DNA of 64,000 nt. It comes from the human T2T-CHM13v2.0 reference genome, Homo sapiens. A model generated the notes under the pieces. It saw only the letters and a list, made by a program, of their open reading frames with translations. It had not been told where the DNA came from and ran no database searches. Shown one piece after another: positions 37,993 through 51,590 of the stretch. The translations under genes were made by a program, and so were the position numbers. Location: NCBI RefSeq assembly GCF_009914755.1, contig NC_060928.1. One strand, given 5' to 3'. Each line of letters begins with the position of its first letter. Position 1 is the first letter of the stretch.

Positions 37993-40900
37993 AACCCAGG
38001 GGACCTCTGAGCTCTGCCCATTCCCATAGCCGCCAGCACTCCCTGTGGGGCAGCCCCACCTGCAGATCTGGGGTCCCATGCGCCCTGCACCTCACATCCT
38101 GGACAGTGGGGCTCCCTCCTCACCCTCAACCTGCTCCTCCCATGGTGTCCCCAAGCTGCCTGCCCTCACTGCCACCCTTGCTTCAGAGACCACAGTCACA
38201 GTAGCTGAGAACCAGCCAGGAGTCTGGCTGCCCTGAGCCAGCCCACAAAGCCCATTGGCCGTGGATGAGCGGACATTGGACAAACAGCCACAGGCCCCAT
38301 GCTCCAGCTGGGCAGGCCAGGCCACTGACATGCCCACGGCTGTGTCTCCGCGGCCCATGAATGGACCGTGTCTGTCTGGGCAGGCGCCGGGGGCTGGCAG
38401 GAGCAGCGCCTGGGACACAGAGGACAGTGCTGGGTCAGCGCTGCTCGGCTGCCCCGGGCAGGCAGAAACCTCCCACCCCTTCCCGACCCCCACTGGGCCA
38501 AGGGACCAGGACCTAGCAGCAGGTCTCACCACACACGCCTGGGGCTGTCCGCTGTGCTTCAGGCCTCCAACTGCAGCAGGCCTCCACCAGGAAGTCCTCC
38601 AGGAAAAAGACAGTCCCTGCCTGCCAGCTCCATCAGGCCCAGGCAGCCCCAGGCTCTGCGTGAGTCAGTGTGCAAGTGCAGAGGCCAGGGCTCTCTGCCT
38701 CGAGGGAGTTCAGACTGTGGTGTGCATGGGGAGGATGGCAGTGAGGGGCAGGAGGGCTCAACCCGAGTCCTTCCCCTTTTCATAAATGTGCCTCCGCCCC
38801 AACAGCGGATCAGTCAGCAAACCCATGTGGTTGGGCCTTCCAGCCACACCTGGCTCTAATGCTTCCTGCCCTCCCAGCCACCACCTGCTCAGATCAAGGT
38901 GGTCTCCTCTCGCTGGGACCCGTACCCAGCTCCCCCGGCATCAGAGCCCCCATCCAGCAAACAATCTTTTGAAAACCTTATGTAGGTCACATGCCTCCTC
39001 CATCAGCCGCCTGAGCCCCCATTTCACTCCAATAAAAGTCTCAATGGCGGCTCACAGTGGCCTCCTCCCCTGTCCCAGGGGCCACTCGGCTGCGAGCCCG
39101 CCCTGCTGTCCTCAACCTCGACCCTGGCCTCAGGGCTCTTGCAAGCTGTACCCTGGGCCCGGGTGATGCAGGGACCTGGCCACAGCCCATTCACTGGGTG
39201 TCTCTCAGCCCCACCCTCACTGGCCACTGTGCAGGTGGCCTGGGCCTGGCTGGCCACGTGAGCACAGCACTGCCCGCGCTAGGATGGCATCCATTATTCA
39301 CCCACAGCGCTCGTCCAGGCTGGGCTGGGCTCATGTCTGCTCACGGGCATCTGCCACTCCTGGAGGGCACATAGCTTGCTGGGCCGGGTGGGCGACAGAG
39401 CCTGCGGTCCGCTCCTTGGGCCTCCGGCCCAGCCCCCCCATCCCACAAACACACACACCAGACTCTCCCCAAACACGAATCCATTTCCATTTGTGCTATT
39501 GATTGTCTGCGCGGACAAAGGCCCCTTTCAGACATGTCAGAGGTTCAGCAAATAAATAAATGAATGAAGTCCTGGCGGAGGAAGGGGTATGGGATGGGCT
39601 GGGGGGCGGCTGGCACCTCCTGTAGGTGGCCCGGCCCTCAGAGGGTGCCTGAGCTGGGCAAATGGCCCAGGGCACCAAGGAATGGGCCCCAACCTAGGGG
39701 GCTGGAGTTGTGTTTGGTGGGGTTTAGGGTGTAAGAATGGGAATTGGGGGTTTTACATGCTCCTGCAAAGGTGAGGCAGGCTCTGCGTGGAGTTGGGGTA
39801 CCCGTTGACACACCCTGGCCGCTGTGGGAGGACAGACTCAGAGGCCCCAGGCCCGGACTGGGCAACAGTATGGTGGCAGGTCCCTGTGTGTCCTCAAAAG
39901 CTGGGTACATCCCCACATGCCCCTTCCTAGGGTTTCTGCTTGGACTCAGACCCAGGGACCACCCTTAGTCCAGGGAAGTAACCCACCTGGTGCATCTGAG
40001 CTCCACAGAGTGTGAGCTGGAATGGGCACCCCCATGAGCTGCCTTCCAGGGTGGGAGTCTAGAGCTTCACCTCTCTTCCTGGGACCCTCCAACTCCACAA
40101 GGCTGGAGCTCAGGGGGACACGTGCCCCAGGAGGCTCCTCCCAGCCCTGCCTGGGTCAGACCCCCTGAGAGCTCTGTGCTACCCCCAGCCTGGGCCTGAG
40201 GATGCCTTAGGGGTGGGCCCAGCATCCCACCCCAGCCTCTTCCACCAAGGGGGTCGGGGTACCCAGAAACCTTGAGTGCAGCCCTGAGCTCCTTCTGCTC
40301 CAGCCCCCATCCTGGGCTCCTGATGGCTGGAGTGAGGCCCTTGGGAGGGTGAGGGCTGCTCTTCACAGATGGGCGTGGCCCAGCTCTTCTTGGAGACAGC
40401 AGGCCATGGGTGGGGCTCCCCAGGCAGGTCCTAGCCCAGGCAGGGACCATGTAGGAGCTATCCATCATCCTTCCCCCCAGGGCAGAAAGGGCCAGAAAGA
40501 ATCTGAGCTGGCAGCCGGAAAAGGGGGCTGGCCAGATCCAGGAGGACTTCCTGGAAGAGGGGGCTAAGGAAAAGGAATGCAGAGGTGGCTGGGCCTCATG
40601 GGAGCTGGGCTGGCCAGCTGCTGGATTGGCCACTCCAGTCCTGCCTGGCCAAGCCCCCAGGGCAGCGCTGACTCCTGGCCATTCTGGGGACAACAATAGC
40701 CGGCATTTAAATTCCAATTGAGTCGGCCAGAGTGGCCGCGGGCGTGAGAACGGGAGCCCCCACCCCCAGCCAGAGCCCCGCCCGCCACATTCCTGCCTCC
40801 CCGGAGATGGCCGTGGCCAGGGCCGTCGCCAGGGGGCCGGGAATGCAGCGCTCAATGGCTTGGGACAAGGGCCCATTGAGCAGTGACGGCCAGGATTGAG

Positions 40901-43036
40901 CCATCAGCGCCCCCCACTCGGGACCCCTCCTCTGTCCCTGCCCCTCCCCCCAGCGTTACTGGTGTCAGCTGCTCCAGGGACCCTGCTGATACCCTCCTGG
41001 GCTGGGCCCTGAGAATGCGTGGGCCTGGGGTCCATCTGACTGGCCGCTGGCCTCCACCTCACGTGCCCTCGCCACCTGGCAGCAAAGGGGCCTCCCGCCT
41101 CACGCCTCTCTTCTGCCTGAAGCCCCTGGGGATTCCCAATGTCCACCGGCATCAGAGGCCATGCTTCTCCAGCCACAGGGCCAGCTGCCCGCCACCTCCC
41201 TTGCACTGCTTGGTCCTCCCCTGGCCCGCCCCTGTTCTGTGGCACCCAAGAGGCCTTGCCTGGCCATCGCCCACTCTTGCCAGCCCCAGATGAAGGGACC
41301 CTTTTCCCTGCTCTGTCCAGCATCTGTCTCGAGCCTGGCACTCAGGGACACCTACCGTATTTGAGGGGTCCAGGTTTTCATGCAGCGTGGCCCCCAGGAC
41401 CTCAGGGCATGGTGACCTCAAGCCAGCCTGTTGGAAGCAAGGGTGAAGGAGGCGTGGCAGTGGCCCCTTGCCCTGACCCTGCTCGAGCCCCGTGGTTGGA
41501 GGCCCATGCCAAGAGGCCAGCCCAGGCCACCGAGCCTGCATCCTACCTCGTGCCTGGGTCTCCCTCTCTCCTCAGCTCTGTGATGCCTGCCTCAAACCAG
41601 GGCCCATCAGTGTCCTTCCCCCACCCAGACAGGGTCCCGCCAGCCCCGAGCATGTCCAGCCCAGCATGCTTTGCTCAGGGCCAGCCCAGCATGCTTTGCT
41701 CAGTCCTCGCACTGTGTCTGCACTGTGTCTGGGCACAGTCAGGGCAGGAGCGTGTCAGGAGGACCAGGGAGCCTGGCCTGGCATAGGGCAGTCCCCGGGC
41801 TGGCGGGTGACATGAGGCACAAAGGCCTCAGCTGCTGGGGCCTCACTTGGGAGAGAGCTTGGAGCTGGGGGAGGCTGGCACCATGCCCAGGGGACAGGTG
41901 TTGAGGGGCCCACCTGAACATCTTCTTCTACTCTGCCTGGGAAAGGAGCTCTTGCCCCCATCCCCTGACCACCTGGATGGAGGGTTCCCTGGCGTGGGGA
42001 GAAGGGGGCATCCATGGCTGTAATGGGTGGTCTGCCAGGCCTGCCACCTCCCCTGGCGAGTGGCAGGACCCCAGACAGGCCCAGCGATGGGCCGAGGGGC
42101 AGGTCCTGGGCTTCCGAGTGCTCCCAGGGAATGGGGGCCGGGGCTCCAGGCAGCATCAGCCCCTGGGCTCAGCCTGACCACCCTCATGCTCAGGACCTGG
42201 CCCAAGCGCTGCTCGGAGATCCCTGGGGCAGGGCCCCATGCAGGGCTGACGCACCAGCCTCCCTGCACAAAGTGCCCAAGGGCCCCACCTCCAGCCTGGG
42301 CCACCATGTGGCCTTCGAGGGCAGGGCCATGGCCTATGGCCCAGATGAGCCCCCAGGGCTGGGAGCAGCCCCAGACACCCAGGAGGTGCTCGCTGGGTGG
42401 CTGGGATTGAATGAATTAGTGAAGAGCGAAGGGCTAACGCCTGATTCACAAGAGTCCTGTGAGGGCTGGTGGCCTGCAGCACAGGCCTCTGAGGTCCCCA
42501 AGCCTGACCCTCGCTGCCCTGGGGTTCGGGAAACACAAGCCTGGAGCAGGGCCCTCTGCTGGCCTCAGTCTCCACACCTCATCGGCTGGGTTGGGGGTGG
42601 GGCAGGGCCCATGGCCAGGCCCCAGGGTCAAGGACAGCTACAGGAGGTTCCTCTGGGAACTGCCTGCCCCTCGGGGGCCCAGCTGGCCTCGGTCCTGCTC
42701 TGGTCCAGGCCCAGGTCCTGCCCTGGGAGCTCACGTGCCCCGAGGGGCTGCCCACCTTTCAGCCTCCTCCCCAAACCCATGGGGTCATCTGATGCCTCCA
42801 GGCCTTTGTGGAGGCTCTGCCTGTGGTCAGGAGGCCCACACCTGGTGGGTAGGATTTGAGAGTAGATGGGGAGGGCTGAATAGCCCTGAGGGGTGAGGTA
42901 GGCCTGTGGGGAGAGGATGCGGAAAGGAAGTGTGCACCAGCAGGTCTGGGGAGCGAGGTGGTCAGAGAGGTTGTTGGGAAGCCCTAGCTGTGCTGAGCTG
43001 GCCAGAAGCCCGGGAGCTGTAAGAGTCCCGAGCAGG

Positions 43037-43150
43037 TGGAAGGCTGAGGTGGAAGAATTGCTTGAACCTGGGAGGCAGAGGTTGCAGTGAGCCAAGATCG
43101 TAGCACTGCACTCCAGCCTGGGCAACAGAGTGAGACTCCGTCTCAAAAAA
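43037..43150 (+). mobile_element. 5'-truncated Alu (end of right arm)
   Basis: TSD AAGAGTCCCG(A/C)GCAGG at 43021-43036 and 43151-43166. Confidence 0.88.
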
Positions 43151-43778
43151 AAGAGTCCCGCGCAGGAAGGGGACTGAGCCAACCCGGGTTTCCATGGGCC
43201 CTAGACGGTCTGGGAGAAGGGACTGAGGAACAGGCGTCATGGTGAGGCTGTGAGAGGGTGCTCAGATGTCCCGTGTGGGCGGCAGGGCCTGGACCTCAAG
43301 TGCGCTTTGAAAAAAACACAGCTCCAGCAGCGCCATGAGCAGGGCTGGACCCACCACAGCCTCCCCTCATTCCCTGGGGCCTGGGCTGTGCCAGCTCCTC
43401 CAGGCCCAAGTGGCCCTGCTCAGTGTCTCTCAGCTCTGGGGTCCCTTGGCAGGCGTGGTGTCCAGCCCAGAGCCGGTTATGAGCCCATCGTGGCTCTGCC
43501 CTCTCCACTGCTCCAAGACACATCTGCAGGGTGGGGGCCAGAGTCTCAGCCCTGGGAGGGGGAACATGGGCACAGATGCCAAGGGTGGGGGCCGAGCCCT
43601 CTGTCAGCCCACAGAATCCCGCTGCATTGCTCTCTGCTGAGCATGGGGCACCTTCTTTCTCTCTTTGCCCTGCCTGCCGGGCAGCTCAGACCAAGCCAAG
43701 GGCCCAAGGGCGGTAATTCTCTCTCCCCAGGTTCTGCAGTGTTTTTATTTTCTGGGCCTAAATAAATCTGATATATAG

Positions 43779-44079
43779 GGCCAGGGGCGGTGGCTCACAC
43801 CCGTAACCCCAGCACTTTGGGAGGCTGAGGAGGGCGGATCACGAGGTCAAGAGATCGAGACCATCCTGGCTAACACGGTGAAACCCCATCTCTGCTAAAA
43901 ATACAAAACATAAGCCGGGCGTGGTGGTGGGCACCTGTAGTCCCAGCTACTCAGGAGGCTGAGGCAGGAGAATGGCGTGAACTTGGGAGGCGGAGCTTGC
44001 AGTGAGCCGAGATCGCGCCACTGCATTCCATCCTGGGCAACAGTGAGAGACTCCATCTTAAAAAAAAAAAATTACAATA
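43779..44079 (+). mobile_element. Full-length AluY-like element
   Basis: AluY diagnostics (GGCTAACACGGTG, GAATGGCGTGAA, GCGGAGCTTGCAG). TSD AATAAATCTGAT(A/G)TATA at 43761-43777 and 44080-44096. Confidence 0.92.
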
Positions 44080-44121
44080 AATAAATCTGATGTATAAAAG
44101 CTGTGTCTTCTCAGAAGCTTA

Positions 44122-44851
<730 letters not shown>

Positions 44852-45942
44852 CTAGCCCCAGCAGAGCCACCACCCAGACCTGCAGCCCCGGGCTGGACTG
44901 GGGGTGGGGCAGCCCTGAGCTGGGCCCATGCTGTTCACAGGAACCAGCTGTCTGCTGTTGGACTGGAGTCCTGTCTCTCACAGAGTCCCCGGTCAAGCCT
45001 GGGTGCCCTCTACTGCCCGTGAGCCACACAGCAGGTCCGGGGGCTTCCTGCCGCCCCTCCTGAGCATGCAACCCCACAGGCGTGCCCGCCTGGGCAGCTG
45101 CTCCAGGGTCTGGGGGCAGCCCGAGGCGACGCCCAAGCAATAGCGGCCCAGTGCCTTCCAGAAGTCTCCAGACACTGAGGCCTCTCCTTGCAGGCCTGGT
45201 CGCAGCTTTATTGCCCCCACTCTATGGATGACTGCATGGGTGAGCCCACGGCCATGCAGGGAGCCCGGTCCTCCGGGCTGGGACCGGCCTTGAGATGGGA
45301 TGCATGGCCAGGAGGCGGGCGATGGCCGAGGTGAGGGGCTCAGGGAGGGGGCTCGTCATGGCATTCAGAGCCAGGTTATGATGGGGCCTGGCCATTGACG
45401 ACAGACGGGGTGATGACAGCGGGGCCCCAGGATGGAGCCTGCAGTCCACGACATTCAGAGCAGAGCATGGGGCATGCAGGAAAGGGGGCCAGAGGACCTG
45501 CTGGGTCTTTCCGGGTGTATGGTGCCAGCAGGTGTCCAGCGCCTCCAGCCCCTTGTCTGAGAGCAATGGAGACAGGTGGGGGGGGGGGGGGTGCAGGGCG
45601 TCTGGGTAGAACCTGAACAGAGAGGCCCTGGGGAACAGGCTGGCTGTCGAGTCTCCACCTGCCCAAGCCAATTTCTGGCACTACCAGTTCTGTGAGCTCC
45701 ACAGTAGCAAGCAGTGGGGTCCTATAAGCTCTCTGGGCGGAGTGCCATGTCTGCACCCCTCACGGGCCTGCATGCCCAAGCCGTGCAACTTGAGTCCAGG
45801 GCATCCTTAGGAGAGGGTGTGTGGGGCCGCCCTGGGGGTCCTGCCATGCTGTGGTGGGGTCACAATGTCAACGTTGCAGCGGGGGGAGGTCCAGGCACAG
45901 GACCATTTTGTCTCGGGGGAGCTAAGGGTCTTCCAGCAGTAA

Positions 45943-46017
45943 GGGGTGGGTGGGCAGGGGCAGGGATGGGGGCGGGATGGGGGCGGGATGGGGGTGGGAT
46001 GGGGGTGGGATGGGGGG
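45943..46017 (+). repeat. G-rich 11-bp tandem repeat (GGGATGGGGG[C/T]) x5; G-quadruplex candidate
   Basis: More than 12 runs of GGG or longer with 1-2 nt loops. Confidence 0.85.
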
Positions 46018-49000
46018 TCTCTTTGAGACTCACCAGCCCCTGGTTTTGGAGATTTGCCCGTCCCCCTGCTCTTCAGTGGGGTGGATCTGGGAGGACCGCA
46101 GAGCCAGCAGCAGCTGGTGGACCGACCCTGCCCAGCAGGTGCACAGATTGCCCCAAGGCAGGGCTGGAAGCCCAGGCAAGCCCAGGCCTCTGTGGGGCCA
46201 GGGAGGAAGTGGGGAATGAAGAAACTCTGTGGAGGGAGGTGCCTGCCCTTGGACCCTTGGCTTGGTCTGAGCTTCCTGGCAGCCAGGGCAAAGAGAGAAA
46301 GAAGGTGCCCCATGCTCAGGAGAGAGTGGTGCAGCAGGGTTCGGTGGGCAGACGGCTCAGCCTCTACCCTTGGCACCCAGGATGGGGGTCACCTGCAGCC
46401 CGTCCCTCTCTTCAGTCCCTGCCCTCCAGGAACCAGGTTAGAGGCTGGGCAGGGGTATGGGGCCCAGGGCTTCAGTCCTGAGGTGCCCGTGACAGTGTCC
46501 TGCAGTTCCTGCACCGCCAGGAGGATGAGCCTCGAGGGCTAATGAGCCCCACACGGCCGGGCCAGCCTCAAGGCCAAGGCACAGCTCTTGCGGAACCCTG
46601 GCAGCTTCTCTGAGGCAGCCATGCGGAAGATGGGGGTGTGTCCTGGTGCAGCAAGCTGGGGGTTGCTTGGGAGGCAGGACGAGCTTGACCCAAGGGAGGG
46701 TGCTTGATGGGCAGTCCTGAGGTGCTCAGCCAGGAAGCGACTATGATTGATTTGCTGTGCACCCAGGGCAGGGGCTGTCCTCCCGAAGCTGAGCTTCTTC
46801 ACCTGTCTTCTGACTCACTTATCTCCCCGAGCCCCGGAGATACAAGGATCACAGGCAGGGGCCTTCTCCTGAGCTGGCCAGAGCTGGGCAGGACACTTGG
46901 GGCACGCAGCTTTTGTGGGCTAGCCTGGAAACTCGGCTATCCTGGACACCACACTGGCAACAGGTTGTCTGGAGCCAGGTCGGGGCATGTGGGGCCTGAG
47001 CCAAGGCTGTCAGCTGAAGCCTCTGACATTACTTGTGTCCCTAGGACAATCACACGTGAGAGCACATGCACACGTGACCATGTGAGCACACAGGCACGGG
47101 TTCGGGCCCCAGGCTGTGCTGCCACCTGAAGCCCCTGCCCTGGCTGTGGATGCCCATTTGGCTGGGCACAGCAAGGCGGCGGCCTTGGCACAGGGAGCCT
47201 GCCCAGCCTTGCTCTGACCCAGTTTTCCATGCCCAGGCAGGCGGGTGGCACTGGTGTAGTGGCTCCCAGAGCTTCTCTTTGGCAACACCAATCCCCTGGG
47301 CCCAAAGCAGCTCCACAGGGGCACCTGGATGGCTCCATGTGCCCTGGGCATGTCCTCTGAGAGGGTGGGTGCCCCCCTGGGATGTGGCCACCCAGCCCCA
47401 GCGGTTTCACACCCTAGAACCAGTGCCTTCTGCCTGTGGTCCCTAGGCACACAGCTGCCGCTGCCTGAATGCGCTCTGCCTGCCCTGCCTTCTGCCTCCA
47501 GATGAACGGACCTGTCATCCAGGGAGCGATCCCTGTGGCCCTCCACTCTAGACCTGCAGGCTGCTTCCTTGCCCACTCCTGGGGGTCAGTCATGGCCTGG
47601 CTGTAGACCAGATCCTTGAGGGGTGAATCTGGGGATAAGCCTCAGAGCCACAGGGCCTGGGCAGGCCTCAGAAGGCATCCCAGAGAAGGGAGGGTGGAAG
47701 GTCCCCATGGGCAGGGAGGCGCAGGGAGCAAAGGCTGCTGGGAGCAGGGAGGGGAGCTGGGCGGGCGGAAGGGCGGCCGTGGGAAGCCAGCCCTGGCCTG
47801 GCTGGCCTGATAAGCTGCCCCTTTGATCCACACTGAGGCAACACAGACCCCCATCCTGAGATAACCCCGGGCCTGGGACCCAAGGCTCTGGTCAACCCGC
47901 CCTCCCGAGTGTGCGCTGCCCTGCCCCTCCGGCCCTGACAGTGACCGGTCCTTGCTCAGCTGCAAGCTGGGTGGGTGCAGTCTGAGCCCAGGCCTGGCGG
48001 GCACTCCATGTGCCCCCACCCCAGGACCTGCTGGTCCTCACCCTGCCTTCAAAGCCTCCCCAGCCCCAGCCTCTGTGTCCAGCTCTCTGTCCCCTTTGGT
48101 TGGGAAGGGGCACCTCCCCCGCCCCCCAGTTCCCATCCCCTTCACTGTGCCCCTGGGAGGCCCCTGAGGCCCTCACTCCCCAGCTGGGGCTCAGCAGGTT
48201 TGAGGCCCTTTGGGCAGCCCTGTCTGACCAGGGCTATAGTGTGGCACAGGTGTGGGCACAGGTGTGGCATAGGCGTGGGCACCAGCTATGTGTGGCTTGG
48301 GTGCACACTGCGTAGGCACCTTCTCCCGGGCGCCTGCCTCTGCCTGGCGCCGGTCAGCACCCCCATGCCCTCGGTCCCTCCCCTGCCCAGGTCAGTGGAC
48401 AATGAAGCTGTCAGCAGACTGGGGCCGGGGGAGGCAGGCAGGCGTGGCGGGGAAGGGAGGCCTCAGGAGGCGAAGATGTCTCTATTAGGGGCTGCAGACC
48501 TTGCTTCCACTGTCCTGCCCAGCCCTGGGGACTCCGAGAGCTGGAGGCAGAGGTGGCCCCAAGCTTGGGGCAGAAAGGGTCGTCTTGTCCATCAGGGCCC
48601 CAGTCAGCCTTGGGACTGGGTCCCTGGAAAGGCAGGCCCATAGATGGAGGAGCCCAGAGCGTGGGGCTGGCCACAGGTGGTCAGGGAGGGTGGAAGCGTG
48701 GCTGGGAGCTGCACAGGGATGAGGTGTCGACGGCGCTGACATCCCAGCCCTGCCAGCCTCCTAAGGCACCCACGGCCCACATCTCCCTGCTGAGCGGAAG
48801 CACTGGGGGACGCTCTACCCAGTGCCTCAGCAGACCCTCAGCCAACGGCTGTTAGAATATACCTCGTGTGAGGTGCGTCACGATACCCAGCTGTAAAATG
48901 GGGCAACCCTGTGGCTTCAACAGACTCCCCTTCCCAGTGCCTGCGGCTGAGCTGGAGTGGCAGGAGGGCTTCTGTGGGAGCAGGTGGCAGGAAGCATAAG

Positions 49001-51474
49001 GGCTGGGGGACCTGCAGAAGCTCCGTACCCCCGGGAGGCTGGGGCCAGAGCAGGCTTCTTGCAGGGGCGCTGGTTTCGGCCCTCACCCTGACTGCCCTGC
49101 CGGATCCGGGCAGACGAGGCCCCACGCACACCGCAGCAAGGGGCCCAAGACGCCAGCCAGGCCCTCACCTTGGCAAGAGGTGGCTTCTGTTTCTGACAGG
49201 TCAACAGCTGGGCTAGGGGAGGTCTCCAGGGACCAGCCACGCCCCACTTCCTGAGGGCTGGAGAGGGCTGGGGAGGGTGGCCCAGGTCTGCGATCATCAG
49301 GGCCTGGCCAGGGCCTTCTTTCCCAGATTCCCCCAGAGCTGGAGTCCCCAGAGCCACGCCCCTTCCCTGGCATGCCCTGGCGCCCGGGCCATCTCCTCCT
49401 GGGCACTTGCGGAGGTTGCCCCTGCTCTCCCCACTGCCCTCTCAGCAGGCGTGAATAGAGTCCCTCATAGCTTGGGAGACTGAGGCCCCCAGCAGGTGCC
49501 TCTTACCCAAGACCTTGGAACTGGGTGAGGTCCTCCGGGCCCACCAGGACCCGCCTCAGACATCAGGCTTTGCACTTGCAGCCCGGAGCCTCCCGACCCC
49601 ACTCCCAGGCCAAGGGCCTCTGGCCGCAGCCTCCGCCATCATCTGCCGGCTTCTGGGGCCGAGCATCAGGGCCCTGTGCCCCTGCTGAGCGTGCCGGGTG
49701 GGGGCCGGGCTGAAGGCTGCACCTGGAGGCAGGGCTCCCGAGGAAGCCGCCCAGGGGGTCAGAGCCAAACAGCTGCCTCCTCTAGTCAGCCCCATGCAGC
49801 CTTACGGGGGCAGCGCCCTGCAGTGGCTGCGGGTGGGGCCGGGTGGGGCAGGGCTGCCCTCCCTCATGCCGCTGGGCACCTGGCCTGGGGCAGGGGGCTC
49901 TGGCCCACTCTCGGGTCTCCCTAAATACTGTGGCGAACACCCCACCCTTCCCAAGCTCAGCTGAAACCTCCCTGGGGCAGGGCTGTCAGATCAGGCCACT
50001 GAGCGCCTCCTGCTGCCTGTGGCTCTGTGCCTCAGTTTCCCCACCTGTCAAGTGGGTGTTGGTGATGTGGCTGGCATGAAGTTTCTGTCAGGAGCCACCA
50101 GCACTCCGCACCTTGCCATCCACAGGTTCTCAGCCACACAGGGTGTGGGGTTGCCCCAAGCCAACCCATTTGTGGGGGTGGGGCCGTCCCCACACCCCAG
50201 CTGGGCTGGACGGGATCTCCAGCCTCTCGTGGGCAGCTGCCTGCTGGGCCCAGTTGGCCACTCTGGACTCTTGGGCCCTGGCCGGAAGCACGACTGAGGT
50301 TGTCCATGGTTTGGGGACGGGCAGGCAGAGGGTGGCCAGGCGAGGCCCTGAGAAGGGGCTCTGGCCGAGGCTGGCCAGGTGACACCCGGAGTGGCGGGCA
50401 GGGCTGAGAGGAAGGGGCATCCTGAAGAGGGCGGAGGCCGCGGAGGGAGGAGGGTGTGACGTGGGGTTGGACCGGCGGCCCCGAGGCCTGGATTCCTAAT
50501 TCAGCCGGAGCCTGTGGAGTCGGGGCTTGTTTATTCTTGGCAGGAAGGCTGGTGCTGGGGGGGCAGAAGTGGGGAGTGAAGCCTTTTCAAAAAATAATAA
50601 TAATAAAAACGCTCATTTAGAAGGCTCCCAAGGCGTGCTGAACTCCAAAAGGGTCTTGGAAAAAATGCTGAGAGGGTTTAAGTGTAAATGGACCCAAAAC
50701 ACCATAATTAAATTTCCTTTAAATTTACCAGAGTTTGGGGTCAAAGAAAAAATAAAACTTAGGGAAAATACACTTGAGGTTTCAGGCAAATGCCAAGTGC
50801 TTAGGAAAATAGATTCTGAGCTGCTCAGCGGCTACCGGCCTGGCCCCCGCCATCCTGGGAGCTGCCCAGCCTTAACCCCTCCCTGGCCAGCCCTCCACTG
50901 CCCGCCCCACCCACCCCTGTGGGGGACCCCACCACCACCTCCTGCTGCTTCCGCACGGTTCGAGCCGCCCTCCTGTGCCAGACTCCAGGCAGGGAGCTGG
51001 GCCTCCCCCACTCCCAGGCTGGGGCAGGAGCCCAGGGGGAGCCTGAACATTCACCCCCGCCCCCATCTCTACAGCTCTCTCTTGTGTCTGCAGACAGCTC
51101 TGGTTTCCTTTCTTTGCTCATCTGGGAGCAGCCACATTTTCCAAACCAAAGTCAGAACTTGAGGTCTAGTGGTCTGAGTGAACCAAACGGTAAAAAGGCC
51201 AGAATGTTTGAACTGGGACTGTCCTGCCATATCCAAGACGACAGGCTCCCAGCAGCTCATGACTCACGGTGTTACCCTTTTTCCTCAGCCTGCCAGGAAG
51301 CTCAGAGCTAAAATTAAGGGTCTTGCTAGCTGCGTTGGCTTAGGGATTTTGGAATATTTTTTCTTCTTCTTCACGTTCTTTAAAATTTCATTTCTGTTAT
51401 AATGAGCAAATCAAGGTTTGTTTTTTTATTTTAATACTTTTCAAATTTTGTGAGAATAAATTTAAAAGGCAAAG

Positions 51475-51590
51475 TCAGGCATGGTGGCACATGCCTGTAT
51501 TTGGGAGGCTGAGACGGGAAGATTGTTTGAGCCCAGGAGTTCAAGACCAGCCTGGACAGCATAGTAAGACCCTGTCTCAAAAATAAAATA
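51475..51590 (+). mobile_element. FLAM/Alu left monomer
   Basis: GGCATGGTGGC..GGGAGGCTGAG..GAGTTCAAGACCAGCCTGG..GACCCTGTCTC plus A tail. Confidence 0.85.

Noticed and set aside
50580-50830. AT-rich island as a candidate enhancer
   Set aside because: Looks more like a decayed L1/HAL1 fragment in a repeat-rich stretch; cannot be resolved without RepeatMasker.
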